The translations under genes and the position numbers were made by a program. The notes beneath the pieces were generated by a model. The model was not told the DNA's origin, did not search any database, and saw only the letters and a list, made by a program, of their open reading frames with translations. From the IMG/VR virus record IMGVR_UViG_3300034104_005687, positions 1 to 64,000 of that record: a DNA stretch of 64,000 nucleotides; one strand, 5' to 3'. Positions 48,201-56,900 of the stretch are shown here, in pieces (positions within the stretch are counted from its first letter, which is position 1; each line of letters starts with the position of its first letter).

Positions 48201-51200
48201 TCGTAGGAAGTGTACTTGAGCTCAACAAAGCTAAGAGTTTGATCCACCAACGGTTGTACAGTGAATGTGTTGTCAATTCTGACCACATTTACATTTCGAG
48301 TTGGCAGTTCCTGACGGTTTTGATCCAACAGCACATTTTCGCTGGTTTGTGCTTGAATGCTGTCAACCACTGCTTGATCACGACTCACACTGAGTTTGGT
48401 CGCCAATGGGTTGAGGTTGATAATGGCATCTTCATTCCACCCTTGCTGGCTCCAGTACAGGAATTCTTGAGACATTTGAGCCCAGGTCAGCACATAACCA
48501 TTGTCAATGTTGTCAAATACCAAGCCCTGTGTTTCGTAATACTTGCCCAAGCTCAACAAAAAGTCAACCACACTGGTAGTGTTGTTGAAAATATATCCGT
48601 AGGGTATCTGCACCACAGTGTTTGAATATGCAGTAGGCACACGCACAGTTGCACCTGCTACGCTGATGGTTTGCAATTGTCCATTTGGTCGGCTTTGTAG
48701 CACACTGAAATATGGTTGCACGGTACTGTAGCCAAACACAGCATACCCTCCGGGTACTTGCTGTATCAGCACAGAACTGTAACTCACACGCTCAAACGGC
48801 TGGTTTTTGTACAATACCAGATTGTAACTTTCGTCAGGAATCAAGAAAGTTGTGTTGGTAGAATTTGGGCTAGACTTTTCTGTAAAGACCTTGATGTATT
48901 GCTTGTCTGAAAAACTAGCCAGCCTATAACTCAGTCTTACATCTAAACTAGCCAAGTTGGCAGTCAAATCTTCAGTAGAGTCTAGGCCACTTTGTCGGTT
49001 GTAGTCCACAATCCAGTTGATGTAACTGGCTTTGCTGACGCCGTCGCCGTAGACTTCAATACCATTGGCGTCCAGTCGGTAGCGATTGTTGTACAAATAT
49101 TGATCTTGTGCAATGTTGTAACGATACAGATCTCGGTCAGCAAACAGTGCAAAAAATTCAGCAGACCTAGTAAGGGCCAGCAGTCTCATCACTGCAAACG
49201 GATAATCTGAGCTGTTGTACCAGGATGCTTGCACTGGACCGCCATCAGCAAGACTCCAGCTCTTGCGGAACTGGCTGTCGTTGTAAGTACCAACCACAGA
49301 GTTAAAAGGACTCAGCAAGTTTCCTTCCTCACCAGTGGGGACAACGTCAGTCAGCCCTGGGCGTGCATACCGTGGATCAAAGTAAGGGGCCACAGGATCA
49401 CGAATATAACCTGCTTCAAGGTCGTCCCATAGAACCAAGTTGCCCGAAGTATAAGGGGCTGGACCGTAGGTGTCGTCCCACCACAGTGGTTTTACAGATA
49501 GCCCCAACATTTCCCATGGGGTCAGTTGTGGTTGCTGGGTGTCGTAATAGTATTGGTATATGCCGCGCCAGGCGCCAGGCAAGTCTTCACCATCGAGTTT
49601 GCTTTGTGCTGTGCTGTAGTTCCAAGTAAACTGATTAGACACACTGTAGTCTTGAGTGGTGTAATCAAGTTTGTTCCAGGCTACATAGCTCAAAAACTGC
49701 TGATTCAAAATAGTGTCTACATCGCTGACAGAATATCCTGTGTCACGGAACTGTCCAGGAATTACATCAGCAGTAGACAGCGGAATAGGATTGCCATCCA
49801 TCTTGATGTTGTTGAAAATTCTTGTTTCGAATTCCAACAACACATCGTCCCGAATGTCGCCAAACACTGGTGTAATTGATCCGTCATGACCGACTATCAC
49901 TGACTGTGGACCTGATGTGGCCTGTATAGTGATTGTTTCAGGACGCCAAACTGGATACAATCCCATTTTAGTAGGAGTATTGGGCACAAAACTTCCGTAG
50001 GTAGCAGTGTACTCACGAATGGTCAATTGATCTCCCAGAGTCAATGCAGTTAACACTGTGATTCGAGGTCCGTCGCTGGCCACAACATAGTCTAGATTTC
50101 GTGTCAAGATTTCGCTATTGAGGTACACGTTCATACCTAAGTAGTTGGAGCTAGAGTAATTGTAAACTTGTACTGTGTCAAATACATCTGTGGTTGTGAA
50201 GCTCACTGTGTAATTGGTGTCAGTGTACACAGCGCCTGATGGCAACATGTCAGTCCAATAGAATGGCTGTGTATCTACTTTTCCTGCAGTCAAAGTTTCA
50301 ATGGCTTCGTCTAATATCTGGGCAGGAGTTTCAAACTGTATCAGCTGCTGAGTCACATTGTTGAGAATCAAGTTTTTTATCTTGATATATTCACGACTGT
50401 TGTAGACCAACGAATTAAAAATATTGTATTCTTCGCTGCGCATGAAATAGCCCAGCATGGTCATTGGAGAACTCTGTTGAAGAATTATCAGGCCGTAGGG
50501 CACCAGGTTGCCAAGGTCTCGAGTGTTGTTGGAGCCTGATATAGATCCAGCAAATGCAGGCAAATTTTCGCAGATAGACTGATAGTGTTGACGAACAGTG
50601 CCCAGTGTATAAGTTGGGCTGTTGCTGTTCAACGGGTTGTTTTCCAGGTTGATAGGTACTTGATAAAACCCTGTTTTGCTGATCTGCTGACTCAGTGCTG
50701 ACACTTCAATTACATCGTCGGGCGAATAGATCTTAGACAACACAATGGTAGTGGTGTTGTTGGTGCGTGTATAAGTGTAATCGCCAGGCAACACAAACTG
50801 CGATCCCACATATATTTTCAACACAGGCACTGTGGTAACGTCATCTACTCTGACATCAATCAGCAAAGGTTGTCCAGAGTAGGTAAATTTAAATTGTTGA
50901 TAAATCTGACTGGTGGTAGCAGCATTTTGCCAACCAATCAATGACTGATACTCTGTACGAGACGAATACTCACGCACAAACCCATCACTGACTGATTGTG
51001 TTGTACTCACACTGCCGAGAGTGTACACAAATGTGTCTGTGTAAAGATTGTTGTCAAAAACAATGTCTCCCACATTGGCAATATTTAGATATTTGAGAGG
51101 TATTTTTAGCACAGCGTCAAGAATACCAGTGTCTCCTACAGCATAGCTAAACAATTTACTGCCCACAAAGTTTGAGCTTGGATATACTGCACGGTTACCA

Positions 51201-53908
51201 AAGCTTATGCCGTTGGAGTCGTATACATCAAACAACGGTGCTTGTTGTATCGCAGTCTTTTGTTGTGCCTTTGTCCAGGTTATACCATCGTACCAGTAAG
51301 TGTCCCCTTGCAAGGTTTGTCCTTGCAGCACCAATGTGCTTTGATTCACTGCCACATTGCCGTCGCTGGCCAATGTCAAATTGATGATTGGCTGTGCCAT
51401 CAGTGGCAGCACTGTGTCAGGAGTAATAAACTCAACCACATAAATTTTGTTTCTTACTTGGTTGTCTTCGTCGGCAGCAAAAATTACTCGAGTGCCATTG
51501 ACAAAATTATAGCCATCCACAGAATAACTAGTAGCACCTTGTATATTACTCAGTGCATCAGTTTCGTCAAAATCAATAATGTCCACTGGCTGTTTGCCTT
51601 CTGTACCCATGTTGAACAGTTTTAGGTCAGGTCTAAACTGAATAATAGCACGTTTGGCTCTGTAATTGTTGTCCAATGTGGCCACTGTACCGTTGTACTG
51701 TGATGTGGCGTTGATCACATCGATATGGAACCAACGGTTTGATCGGCTCCATGCGTTAAGGTCACGACTGCTGCGATCAATAGTAAGATAGTCAGGTTCT
51801 TCAGGCACAGGCAAGCTGCTGTCGTTGCTGGCTTCAACATATGGCTCGGGAGTAACAAAGTCAGTGACTGGCAACAAGCGAATACCGGTGCCTACTCCGT
51901 CTACATAATATTCTTTGTAGACCACAGCTATTGCTGAAAATTCAGCGGATGTAGTGGTCAGTGTAACTGGCATTCCGCCCGGAGTTGTAGACACTGTGAA
52001 TTCAAACAAGTTGACCACGCTGCTTACATAGTAAGTCACACCGCTGATTAGGCCACCAGTGGGATCAATGAACACCACTTCCAACCCAGGGTACAGATCT
52101 GCTGTGCTGTAAACTGTGATGGTGTTGGTGCCCGCTGTGGTGTTGGTGCACAAGAACTCAGTAGTACCAGATTTGTAGCTAGCAGGACGAACATCTCCAC
52201 GGAACACCACTTTGAGTCCATTGGTAAATTCCACACCGTTGGGCGAAGTATAGTTGGTCGCGCCAAGAATGTTGTTGATAAACAACGTAGATTCCTCAGG
52301 CTGCTCTAACAATGTGATACGACCAAATATTTCTGGATCAGTGCCATCTTGATAGTACAGTGTGTTTAGATTGGCTGTCAACAATGGGATTTGTGAGATT
52401 TCGCCAATGTTGGTTTTGTACCAATTGGTATTGCTGTAGGTCGTTCCAAATCTTACCGAAAACTTTTGAAGCGGTTCAATGTTTATGAGTTTGGTCAAGT
52501 TCAAGTAAATGAGCCCGTTGTCGACCACGTAGTTGATTTGCCAAATCTGACGACGGTCCTGCACTGGTACCACGTTGGCTTGAGCATACAGTGTAGTGTC
52601 GTAGCTGCCTGGCAAACCGTTGTTGGCCGATCCTGCAGTCAATGGATCAAAGAAACTGGTTCGTTCCCAAGCGTCGTCAGACTCGTTGTTGGTCAAGAAC
52701 ACAATGTTGCGGCCAGCTAGGCTGGTAATGCCATCAATACCGCCGTATTGTGCCACAAACAGGTCCAGTCTGGCATTGTTGATCTGACTAAATTCTAGCT
52801 CAGTTACCAAGTCAACTGGCTGACTTGTAGGGTCAAGATTGTAATAAAACTCTTGTGCTGTGCGTGTGGGCACATCAAAGGTGACTATGCCAAGATCTTC
52901 ACCGTTGTTGCTGACTCCAAACACATCTCTGCTGCTGATGTTGGGAGTAGTAGGAATCTTTCCCAAAATGCCAGGATTGGTTTGAATCCAGAATCCTGGT
53001 CCTGTTCCGGGCACAGCATCAACAACTGTGATCTGGCCGCCCATGTTCACAATGTTCTGACTGATATAGTACAAGGTGTTGGGTGCGTCTTGTGGCACAA
53101 CAAATGTAACAAGACCGTCGGCGCTGCCATTGCGGCTGACTCCAGCGTTGTATGCATTACCTGTGCCTGTGGTAGGTGTTGTTTTGATCCAGAATGGATA
53201 CACCCCTTGTGTGTTGAGGTTGAACACATAGGTATTGCCGCGCACCAATGTCAGTGCAGGATTGTTTTCAAAGTCAATTACATATGCTGCTGTGCCCTGA
53301 TTACCCACACGATAGTTCACAGTTTCTTTGTTGTTTTGAGCAACCTGAAATGTGTAACTGCCGCCACGTACCAACTCGATGTTGGGATTGTTGCCAGTCA
53401 ATCCCGAAAATGTGTATACTCCATTTTCACGGTTGACCACATAGTTGTCGGTGGTAGGAACTGTGGATGCTGCGACCTCTACTGCATCAGGCCCGTTGGG
53501 CAACCAGTAATACTGGCTGAAGTTCACAAACGAGTCAAAATCAATAAACGGATCCCAGGTGTAGTAGGCGCTTTGATACAGTCGATCTGGTCGGGTGCTG
53601 TTGCCGCCCTGCAAAGCAATGGCATCATTGATACCTGGGTAGGTAATGGCGTTTTGAATGTTGTCGGTGTCAGGTTGCAGATTGATCACTGTTGGTTCAA
53701 GCTGATAATCACTGCGAGTTTTACTAGGCTCAACTACATATCGATCGTTGGGGTTTACACCTGGTCCAACTGTTCTACCAATGTAACCTTGTGTTTTTTT
53801 GAACTTGGGCTCTTGAATCAGTTGATCAAGAGTTGCTGCCAAAAACTGCTTGTTGGCATCTGTTCTAAAAATTTCCGGTAGAAAGTCTACTGATCTTACT
53901 CGGGCCAT
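39206..53908 (-). CDS. Giant 4900-aa virion/baseplate protein with FG-GAP-like propeller and Ig-like repeats
   Basis: Uninterrupted 14.7-kb ORF coupled (TAATG) to the gp6-like gene; 7 FGxSV...VGAP blades; many V(Y/F)VNG...DY units. Confidence 0.85.
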   Translation of the reverse strand: MARVRSVDFLPEIFRTDANKQFLAATLDQLIQEPKFKKTQGYIGRTVGPGVNPNDRYVVEPSKTRSDYQLEPTVINLQPDTDNIQNAITYPGINDAIALQGGNSTRPDRLYQSAYYTWDPFIDFDSFVNFSQYYWLPNGPDAVEVAASTVPTTDNYVVNRENGVYTFSGLTGNNPNIELVRGGSYTFQVAQNNKETVNYRVGNQGTAAYVIDFENNPALTLVRGNTYVFNLNTQGVYPFWIKTTPTTGTGNAYNAGVSRNGSADGLVTFVVPQDAPNTLYYISQNIVNMGGQITVVDAVPGTGPGFWIQTNPGILGKIPTTPNISSRDVFGVSNNGEDLGIVTFDVPTRTAQEFYYNLDPTSQPVDLVTELEFSQINNARLDLFVAQYGGIDGITSLAGRNIVFLTNNESDDAWERTSFFDPLTAGSANNGLPGSYDTTLYAQANVVPVQDRRQIWQINYVVDNGLIYLNLTKLINIEPLQKFSVRFGTTYSNTNWYKTNIGEISQIPLLTANLNTLYYQDGTDPEIFGRITLLEQPEESTLFINNILGATNYTSPNGVEFTNGLKVVFRGDVRPASYKSGTTEFLCTNTTAGTNTITVYSTADLYPGLEVVFIDPTGGLISGVTYYVSSVVNLFEFTVSTTPGGMPVTLTTTSAEFSAIAVVYKEYYVDGVGTGIRLLPVTDFVTPEPYVEASNDSSLPVPEEPDYLTIDRSSRDLNAWSRSNRWFHIDVINATSQYNGTVATLDNNYRAKRAIIQFRPDLKLFNMGTEGKQPVDIIDFDETDALSNIQGATSYSVDGYNFVNGTRVIFAADEDNQVRNKIYVVEFITPDTVLPLMAQPIINLTLASDGNVAVNQSTLVLQGQTLQGDTYWYDGITWTKAQQKTAIQQAPLFDVYDSNGISFGNRAVYPSSNFVGSKLFSYAVGDTGILDAVLKIPLKYLNIANVGDIVFDNNLYTDTFVYTLGSVSTTQSVSDGFVREYSSRTEYQSLIGWQNAATTSQIYQQFKFTYSGQPLLIDVRVDDVTTVPVLKIYVGSQFVLPGDYTYTRTNNTTTIVLSKIYSPDDVIEVSALSQQISKTGFYQVPINLENNPLNSNSPTYTLGTVRQHYQSICENLPAFAGSISGSNNTRDLGNLVPYGLIILQQSSPMTMLGYFMRSEEYNIFNSLVYNSREYIKIKNLILNNVTQQLIQFETPAQILDEAIETLTAGKVDTQPFYWTDMLPSGAVYTDTNYTVSFTTTDVFDTVQVYNYSSSNYLGMNVYLNSEILTRNLDYVVASDGPRITVLTALTLGDQLTIREYTATYGSFVPNTPTKMGLYPVWRPETITIQATSGPQSVIVGHDGSITPVFGDIRDDVLLEFETRIFNNIKMDGNPIPLSTADVIPGQFRDTGYSVSDVDTILNQQFLSYVAWNKLDYTTQDYSVSNQFTWNYSTAQSKLDGEDLPGAWRGIYQYYYDTQQPQLTPWEMLGLSVKPLWWDDTYGPAPYTSGNLVLWDDLEAGYIRDPVAPYFDPRYARPGLTDVVPTGEEGNLLSPFNSVVGTYNDSQFRKSWSLADGGPVQASWYNSSDYPFAVMRLLALTRSAEFFALFADRDLYRYNIAQDQYLYNNRYRLDANGIEVYGDGVSKASYINWIVDYNRQSGLDSTEDLTANLASLDVRLSYRLASFSDKQYIKVFTEKSSPNSTNTTFLIPDESYNLVLYKNQPFERVSYSSVLIQQVPGGYAVFGYSTVQPYFSVLQSRPNGQLQTISVAGATVRVPTAYSNTVVQIPYGYIFNNTTSVVDFLLSLGKYYETQGLVFDNIDNGYVLTWAQMSQEFLYWSQQGWNEDAIINLNPLATKLSVSRDQAVVDSIQAQTSENVLLDQNRQELPTRNVNVVRIDNTFTVQPLVDQTLSFVELKYTSYEHMIVLDNVSVFGDLIYDPTTGARQSRLNLVMTNSSDWNGSVDAQGFILNQDNVEEWTGARTYSKGEIVRYKNRFWSAATIVQPSAIFNFSDWLQSEYEQIEQGLLPNLANKADQLENSYNINTANLDAENDLFSYGLIGFRPREYMAALNLDDVSQINVYRQFLGSKGTILSAELFKQADLGKESAEYDIYENWAVQRAVYGANANRSYVELRLNRALLSASPSLIQVTNPQEPSIADQQIFLGNVWRQSFKLTSPDYLPTTTELPTDIGLPGAGYVNLDDVDITVFDINDSANIAANIEKVVDGATIWAAKVNNYDWNVYQCNAVPGIISHVCDNLDFTSRVVFSQQHGLAVGDKLIIKYFDSEVDGVYDVLTVPGLTEVTIAFQFAGNRTVANGNGIGFTLKSLRVAQASDVVDLPYANTIDNTLTVWVDNNGNNLWEVLEKDVVFDQVTELAPKVLDAREEYGRAISQATNQFAAIVGSPNYLTGTNPYTRGAVYVYVKDFSSTYQPVSPVTDADAILTLDVQTSAGSGVPAARGYGFSVDFGSTNWAVAGAPYSLGSASQANNGYAAVIYRDQATYTPGSNPYSNWQLLTTPGSVSADQGKFGYSVAMSQDERWMYVGAPAVNRVYAYGRVDWQDQTVTARGNGATETFSIGNAIRIAFDTQLRVTLDGAIQQLNTDYTVDSTVVPAGFFTVGTQYTIVSVGSTNFTLIGAASNTVGVTFTATGPGTGTGTASVGFTSVTFTTPPADNVLIAITRISLLQLTTNGSTVQFDLAPYLYQVSLSDSTIDSFSVEINTVLQRPNIDYTFNSTTKRITFTTAPGSADVVVVRAKGFWQYVGALTVAGLASDAGFGTSVSCTTDGRQVLIGTPTVTAAGKVQAGLVYVFDRNVQRFIYQGGSDIVFDVEGSPVEPISVVVNNQFLINETYSYPGDTFTFGVDGNSVIVNQPLSAGDIVEIETNQFALVQQVAQNVIEEFSNFGQSVDICSYNCSLYVGAPQSSLQIYKGGIVERQVNQARVYGTITSTVSNPTLTAGNTLRVNNIDVAVPAGAGANLAGLATAISNIVPNTTASVTSDGKITISVANTNAAPVGNKLQVAPGSIGTAFDDIGFDTFVYTQAIQSPYPQNFAQFGYSISIDDSATSLVVGAPTGTTYIIAVWDNNTTDWDAGATEFFSGVPQSGAVYTYDYLASSAPSVTNPGKFIFGTQIEIPSLVYGDNFGTAVNYNSGILWMSAPGDDIEDSSLSNFGRAYVWSNPTRSPTWAVKRIQQPTVDIRLLNSVFLYDQVTSATTEFLDFFNPLQGKILGAAQQNIDYIGAVDPAGYNAGPQNNRGSVWGPIHVGQVWWNVSNVRFIDPAQDDIVYASRRWGQIFPGSTVDVYQWIESTVAPADYTGPGTPLNTLSFVVNTSLSRQNVFDTRYYFWVRGISTVATQQGKTLSIDTVARYIENPRATGIAYLAPIDANTVAIYNCETLIEAQDTVLHIEFDRQLTNDNVHVEYELIPQDRSDGFLSDGLYRKFQDSLCGVDTAGNQVPDINLSPAERYGVQFRPRQSMFVDRFAALQNYINKVNSVLAQYPISEIRSFNLLNSADPIPLAGTSQWNMEVANLEILGFQNIYAVPLDYRYLVLSDADNQGLWTIYQVESTTGNNLGVRELVLVKVQNFNTPDYWDYINWYRPGYNFSIKPIAEVPTFSSLGTIDVPVGSSVKVTANAQGKFEIYLLTDLGWERVGLEDGTISVSNEVWDYEIGRFGFDSEVFDAQYYDQEPSIESRKIIQAINEELLIDELAIERNRALILMFNFVLSEFAAPEWLVKTSLVDVDHKLRELLPFQNYSRDNQEFVLDYIQEVKPYHVQIREFNLKYFGSDTYLGDIADFDVPAYFNTSLEIPQFTSPILLPYAQSAAQVSNVLSDAAATDTIWAQFPYNQWYNNYLVSIDSITVVDGGSGYTEAPEVTITGDAAIAATAAAVINSAGRVVAINLTSSGSGYRSQPTITFFGGNGVSARAYAVLSGSGRGQLYNTPTISNTVNDYNLVRSFKTTIKYDRYQYQTQVQTWIPGATYLDGTLVRYDNRVWRAASPDSTAVSDPTFDLDNWQPVAAKDLSGVDRTMGYYVAGINSPGLELPLLIDGIEYPGVQVWGDYFGGNAIVDADYQSTFDDAALGTRPIDVNVDGGEFIGPYEGHAPEELVNGSEFDTLDMRIYTRPGSDWQSNGHGFEISTVNYVYNAVTDFRLSWADQTDHPVQVLVSNQTTGRDAVLDVDYFVNWDDRNIDIIPNAGFDNGDIVNIAVYELGGGSQLYRVNYVGDQINDSIVIVPVNTSEITAVAVFVNGEISGTPTWIPYIESAAWSITGTYTLNTVVNSAGTYYRAVQAVPIGIAITDTAYWESFVPTLLSQVTLATEPLATDGVAIVVFGTTTPNNYSWSTPQRQYIFVDQNIIDTGTITLDNSLQGTNTVNMIVTRNGLRLNPPAGIEWHGDGSSTSFGLPQRLGESFVQSSINAPTDVQVWVNNELQVQSVGAIVGSYSVTNWTGSNTPGRQVVFNTAPTPDDVILIVVTTLAAYNVADSTLQLSFNPTLGDVIAVTTWNDTAQQEILTQVFVGPVVTSIVVSEGFDSTVFDDGSITGGPGTFDYSVGVGLNRNDFLLQRENVVAGRLWVTLNGTRLFEGQDFTVENNYLILATGPIELSDTMVITQFTDSVVPEAVAFRIFQDMRGVQATYRITDATTTVLTQALSASADIVYVANASALTAPNLPAGRLGVVTIDGERIMYRERDIALNTLRGLRRGTAGTAAADHAVDAEVYDITGGNLLAQQYQDYVVSQTFVADGSTTVFRVTDFDINVIDPKDSSTGYINDLIEVYVAGVRQYPVGVNKFGDLTPSQYPFFVASLSELVIDFYTTNDPVDPVLAPPAGVEITVLQRRGKSWYNTGPVISASAMIAGESYFIDFVGTTNFVAVGSLENTPGVLFTCTGPASGTGTVTTASDGVALQESTTIAARFLCGN

Positions 53909-56900
53909 TAAATTACTCCACTGCCTGGCGCGGTGCGCAAGTTGGTACTTGTCAACGCTTCAATTACATCAATATTGTCAATGGTAGCACCATTGGCAAA
54001 AATTTCATTTGGTTGTGATCTTATTTCGTACAAATCACCAAAACTCTTTTGAGGATTCAACGGCACCAGGACCACACTACTAATTATGGTTCCTAAAGTT
54101 CGGTGCAAATATGCAGCCAATTCTGAGAAGTAGAACGTGTCACCAAAGTTCCACTTGTCGATGCTGAAGTATTCATTCATCTGAGCCAGAACCGCACTCT
54201 TGATTTCTGATGTGCTGGCAGTTGAATTCTGTGCACGAATTACTTTGATAGTTGCTCGCAATTCAGCGGCTGCCTTGGCTCCAAACAACGGTTTGAACGT
54301 CACAGAGTTCAACACAATGTTGTCTGAAATCATTTTGTAGTTTTGCAATCCTTGGTATGCAGTATTGAGCTCATCAATAGTGGGCTGTTGAGGTTCTGTC
54401 ACAGTGCCTGTGGTATCACGCAACCAGTTTTGATAAGCAGTGTAATATGCCTGTGTGACCACATACAAGTCAATGATGTTGGTAGTGCCTGGATCAATCC
54501 GGTTGGTCAGCGGTGAGTTGTGACGATACTGATAGTATAGTCCTTGTCTACCTGAACGTGCAATCCATTCATCTTGTTGAAATTCTGTGAGTTCACGCAC
54601 ACCAGTCACAGTGATTGACAAACTGTAAAAAGTGTTTTCGCTGTAGGCATAAAACACTTGACCCGGACTCCATTCTGTTTTGGCCAGTTCTATTTCGTCC
54701 AGTGTGCCGTACTGACTGATGACTCGGCCACTGTCTACCAACAAGTATCTTTGTAGATTGTCAAAGTCCACAGTGCGTTCCAAGAATATCCAAGGTGAAG
54801 TGGTGTTGGCTGTGACTGGCACAGTGCCCACTATCTCTTTGAAGAAATCAGGATTGTCAGGTACACCGTCAAGGTCGCTGTCACGGTAGCTGACCAGCAC
54901 CTGAAAGTCGTCTACATAACCGTCAGACTCTACTGGCTGACCAATGATGGTCATGGGTATGTCGCTTTGTAGGGGTATTCCCAGTGTGTTGCCTGGCTGG
55001 CTGTTCATGGCCAGCACGTTGATAAAATCTTTGATCACTGTGCCAGTGCGACTGTCGAACACCTGTTGATCTTCGTAAAAGAAGAAACGTGTCTGCAGCA
55101 CTGATCCAAACGAATATGCAAGTCCGCGGAAAGTAATGGTGTAGTTTTGATTTTCAACCACAAACTGCACCATCCAGCTGGCATCGCCGCCGGGCACTGG
55201 TTGTCCTGCATTGGCCTGACTCCACGGTGCATCCTGATCAAGGTACGTTGATGGTATTAGATACCAAGTGTAGGGTGTTCCTGTAACTGATCCATTGTTG
55301 TCATACCCCAGGCCAAAATTACGGAACAACACAATTTGTTCTGCCATCTGTTGTTCGATGCTCAAGGGCAAATCTGTCACGAACAACGAAATAATAGTGT
55401 CTACAATGGCACCAGTTGGCACAAAGTTGTTGAGCACAATTGGCCCTGATCCGTTGGTGAGATTGCCCAGACCTGAATTGGTTCCGTCACCAATGACCTG
55501 CACTGGGCTGGCCCATATTTCAGTTTTTTGTTCTGTGCGAGTAGGGATACCAGTTTGCAATCGGTTGTTGCGATCAAAATACTGTCCTGCTGGAGCCACA
55601 AACTTGATCAAGCTGCCATTGACAGCGTAGCGGAACACTGTGCCAGATTCGGACCCTACTGCTACGGGTGTACCTGTGGCAGTTTTGAAATAGCCGGTGG
55701 TTTCGTTGGCCAGTGTGGTACTTTGATTCCATATTGTGTTGCCAGTCACAGTGGTAGCCACGGTTGTTACTGATCTGCCCACTGTAGTGGTCAACGGAAA
55801 CACACCACCGTTGGCCACGGTGCTTACAGTAAAAGTTCGTGCGGTCAGATTCCAGCTGCCTGGTCTGACATAATAGGTTACTCCGCCAATCAGTCCGCCA
55901 AAAACTGCACCGTCATCGGCTGTGCCAAACACCACAGGCATGTTGTCAAACACATATTGATCAAACAAAGCTGCAGTGGCAGAGCTGACTGTAACAGAAT
56001 TGACAGTTGCAGTAGTCCCTGTACACACAACTTCAATAGTGTTGGCTGCTTCACGGGGGAAGTTTGCGTAATAAAACTGTTTGACTGTGGCTTCTGTCAA
56101 TGCTGGTTGTACTTGATTATTGATAACATCTGCAATTTCATTGCGGTTGGTCCAGGAGAACAAAATTGTAGGAAGAATATTTTGTTCCCACAGTCCGCCA
56201 TCGCTGCCAAATGTGTTGGTGCTAGAATATTTGCCAGTGTTGTCTACCAGATCCAGATATCGACTGGTACCAATGCTGGAACGATTCAGAGCCTTGCTCT
56301 TGATAATGCTGTTGTACTGAGTGAACGGAAACAGGTTGTAGTCTTCGCCGTTGACCATACGGTTTTGTGTGTAATAACGAGCAGGAGCACGCTGCTTAAT
56401 GGCAGCAATAGGTTCACGAGCCTGAGCGTTGGTCACAGGGCGTGTGATACCACAGGTGAATGTGATGGTCTGCAGATTTCCGTTGCGGTCAGTGTAACTG
56501 ATGGGAATCACAACGTTTTGCATTTCTTCAGGATTGATAATGTACTGCAATCCATTTGAGCTGCGAACATATGCACGGAATGTTCCTACAGGAATTTCTG
56601 AGAACACGCCATCGCCAAACACCACAGTTATTTGATCGTTGGCACGGCTAGTAGTTGAATAAATTGGACGCAGAGTGGTAACTTGTTCAGCTGCTGCGGT
56701 GTATACGTTTTCAACATAGGTCCATTCGCGAGCAATACTGCCTACGTTGTCCAGTTGGAAAATCCAACGATCTTCGTTGTTGATACCTTCAATATTGATA
56801 TCTACTGTGCGATTGGCGATGCGTTCAGCCAAGTTGAAGTCTTGACTTTGTAAAATACCTTGCTTGAACAAAAAGAAATAGCCAGTGTTGTCTGAATTGA

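Noticed and set aside
39767-53881. Long plus-strand ORFs antisense to the giant gene (e.g. 47714..48625, 52853..53881)
   Set aside because: Shadow ORFs expected from the codon bias of the real gene; no motifs, SD or promoter.
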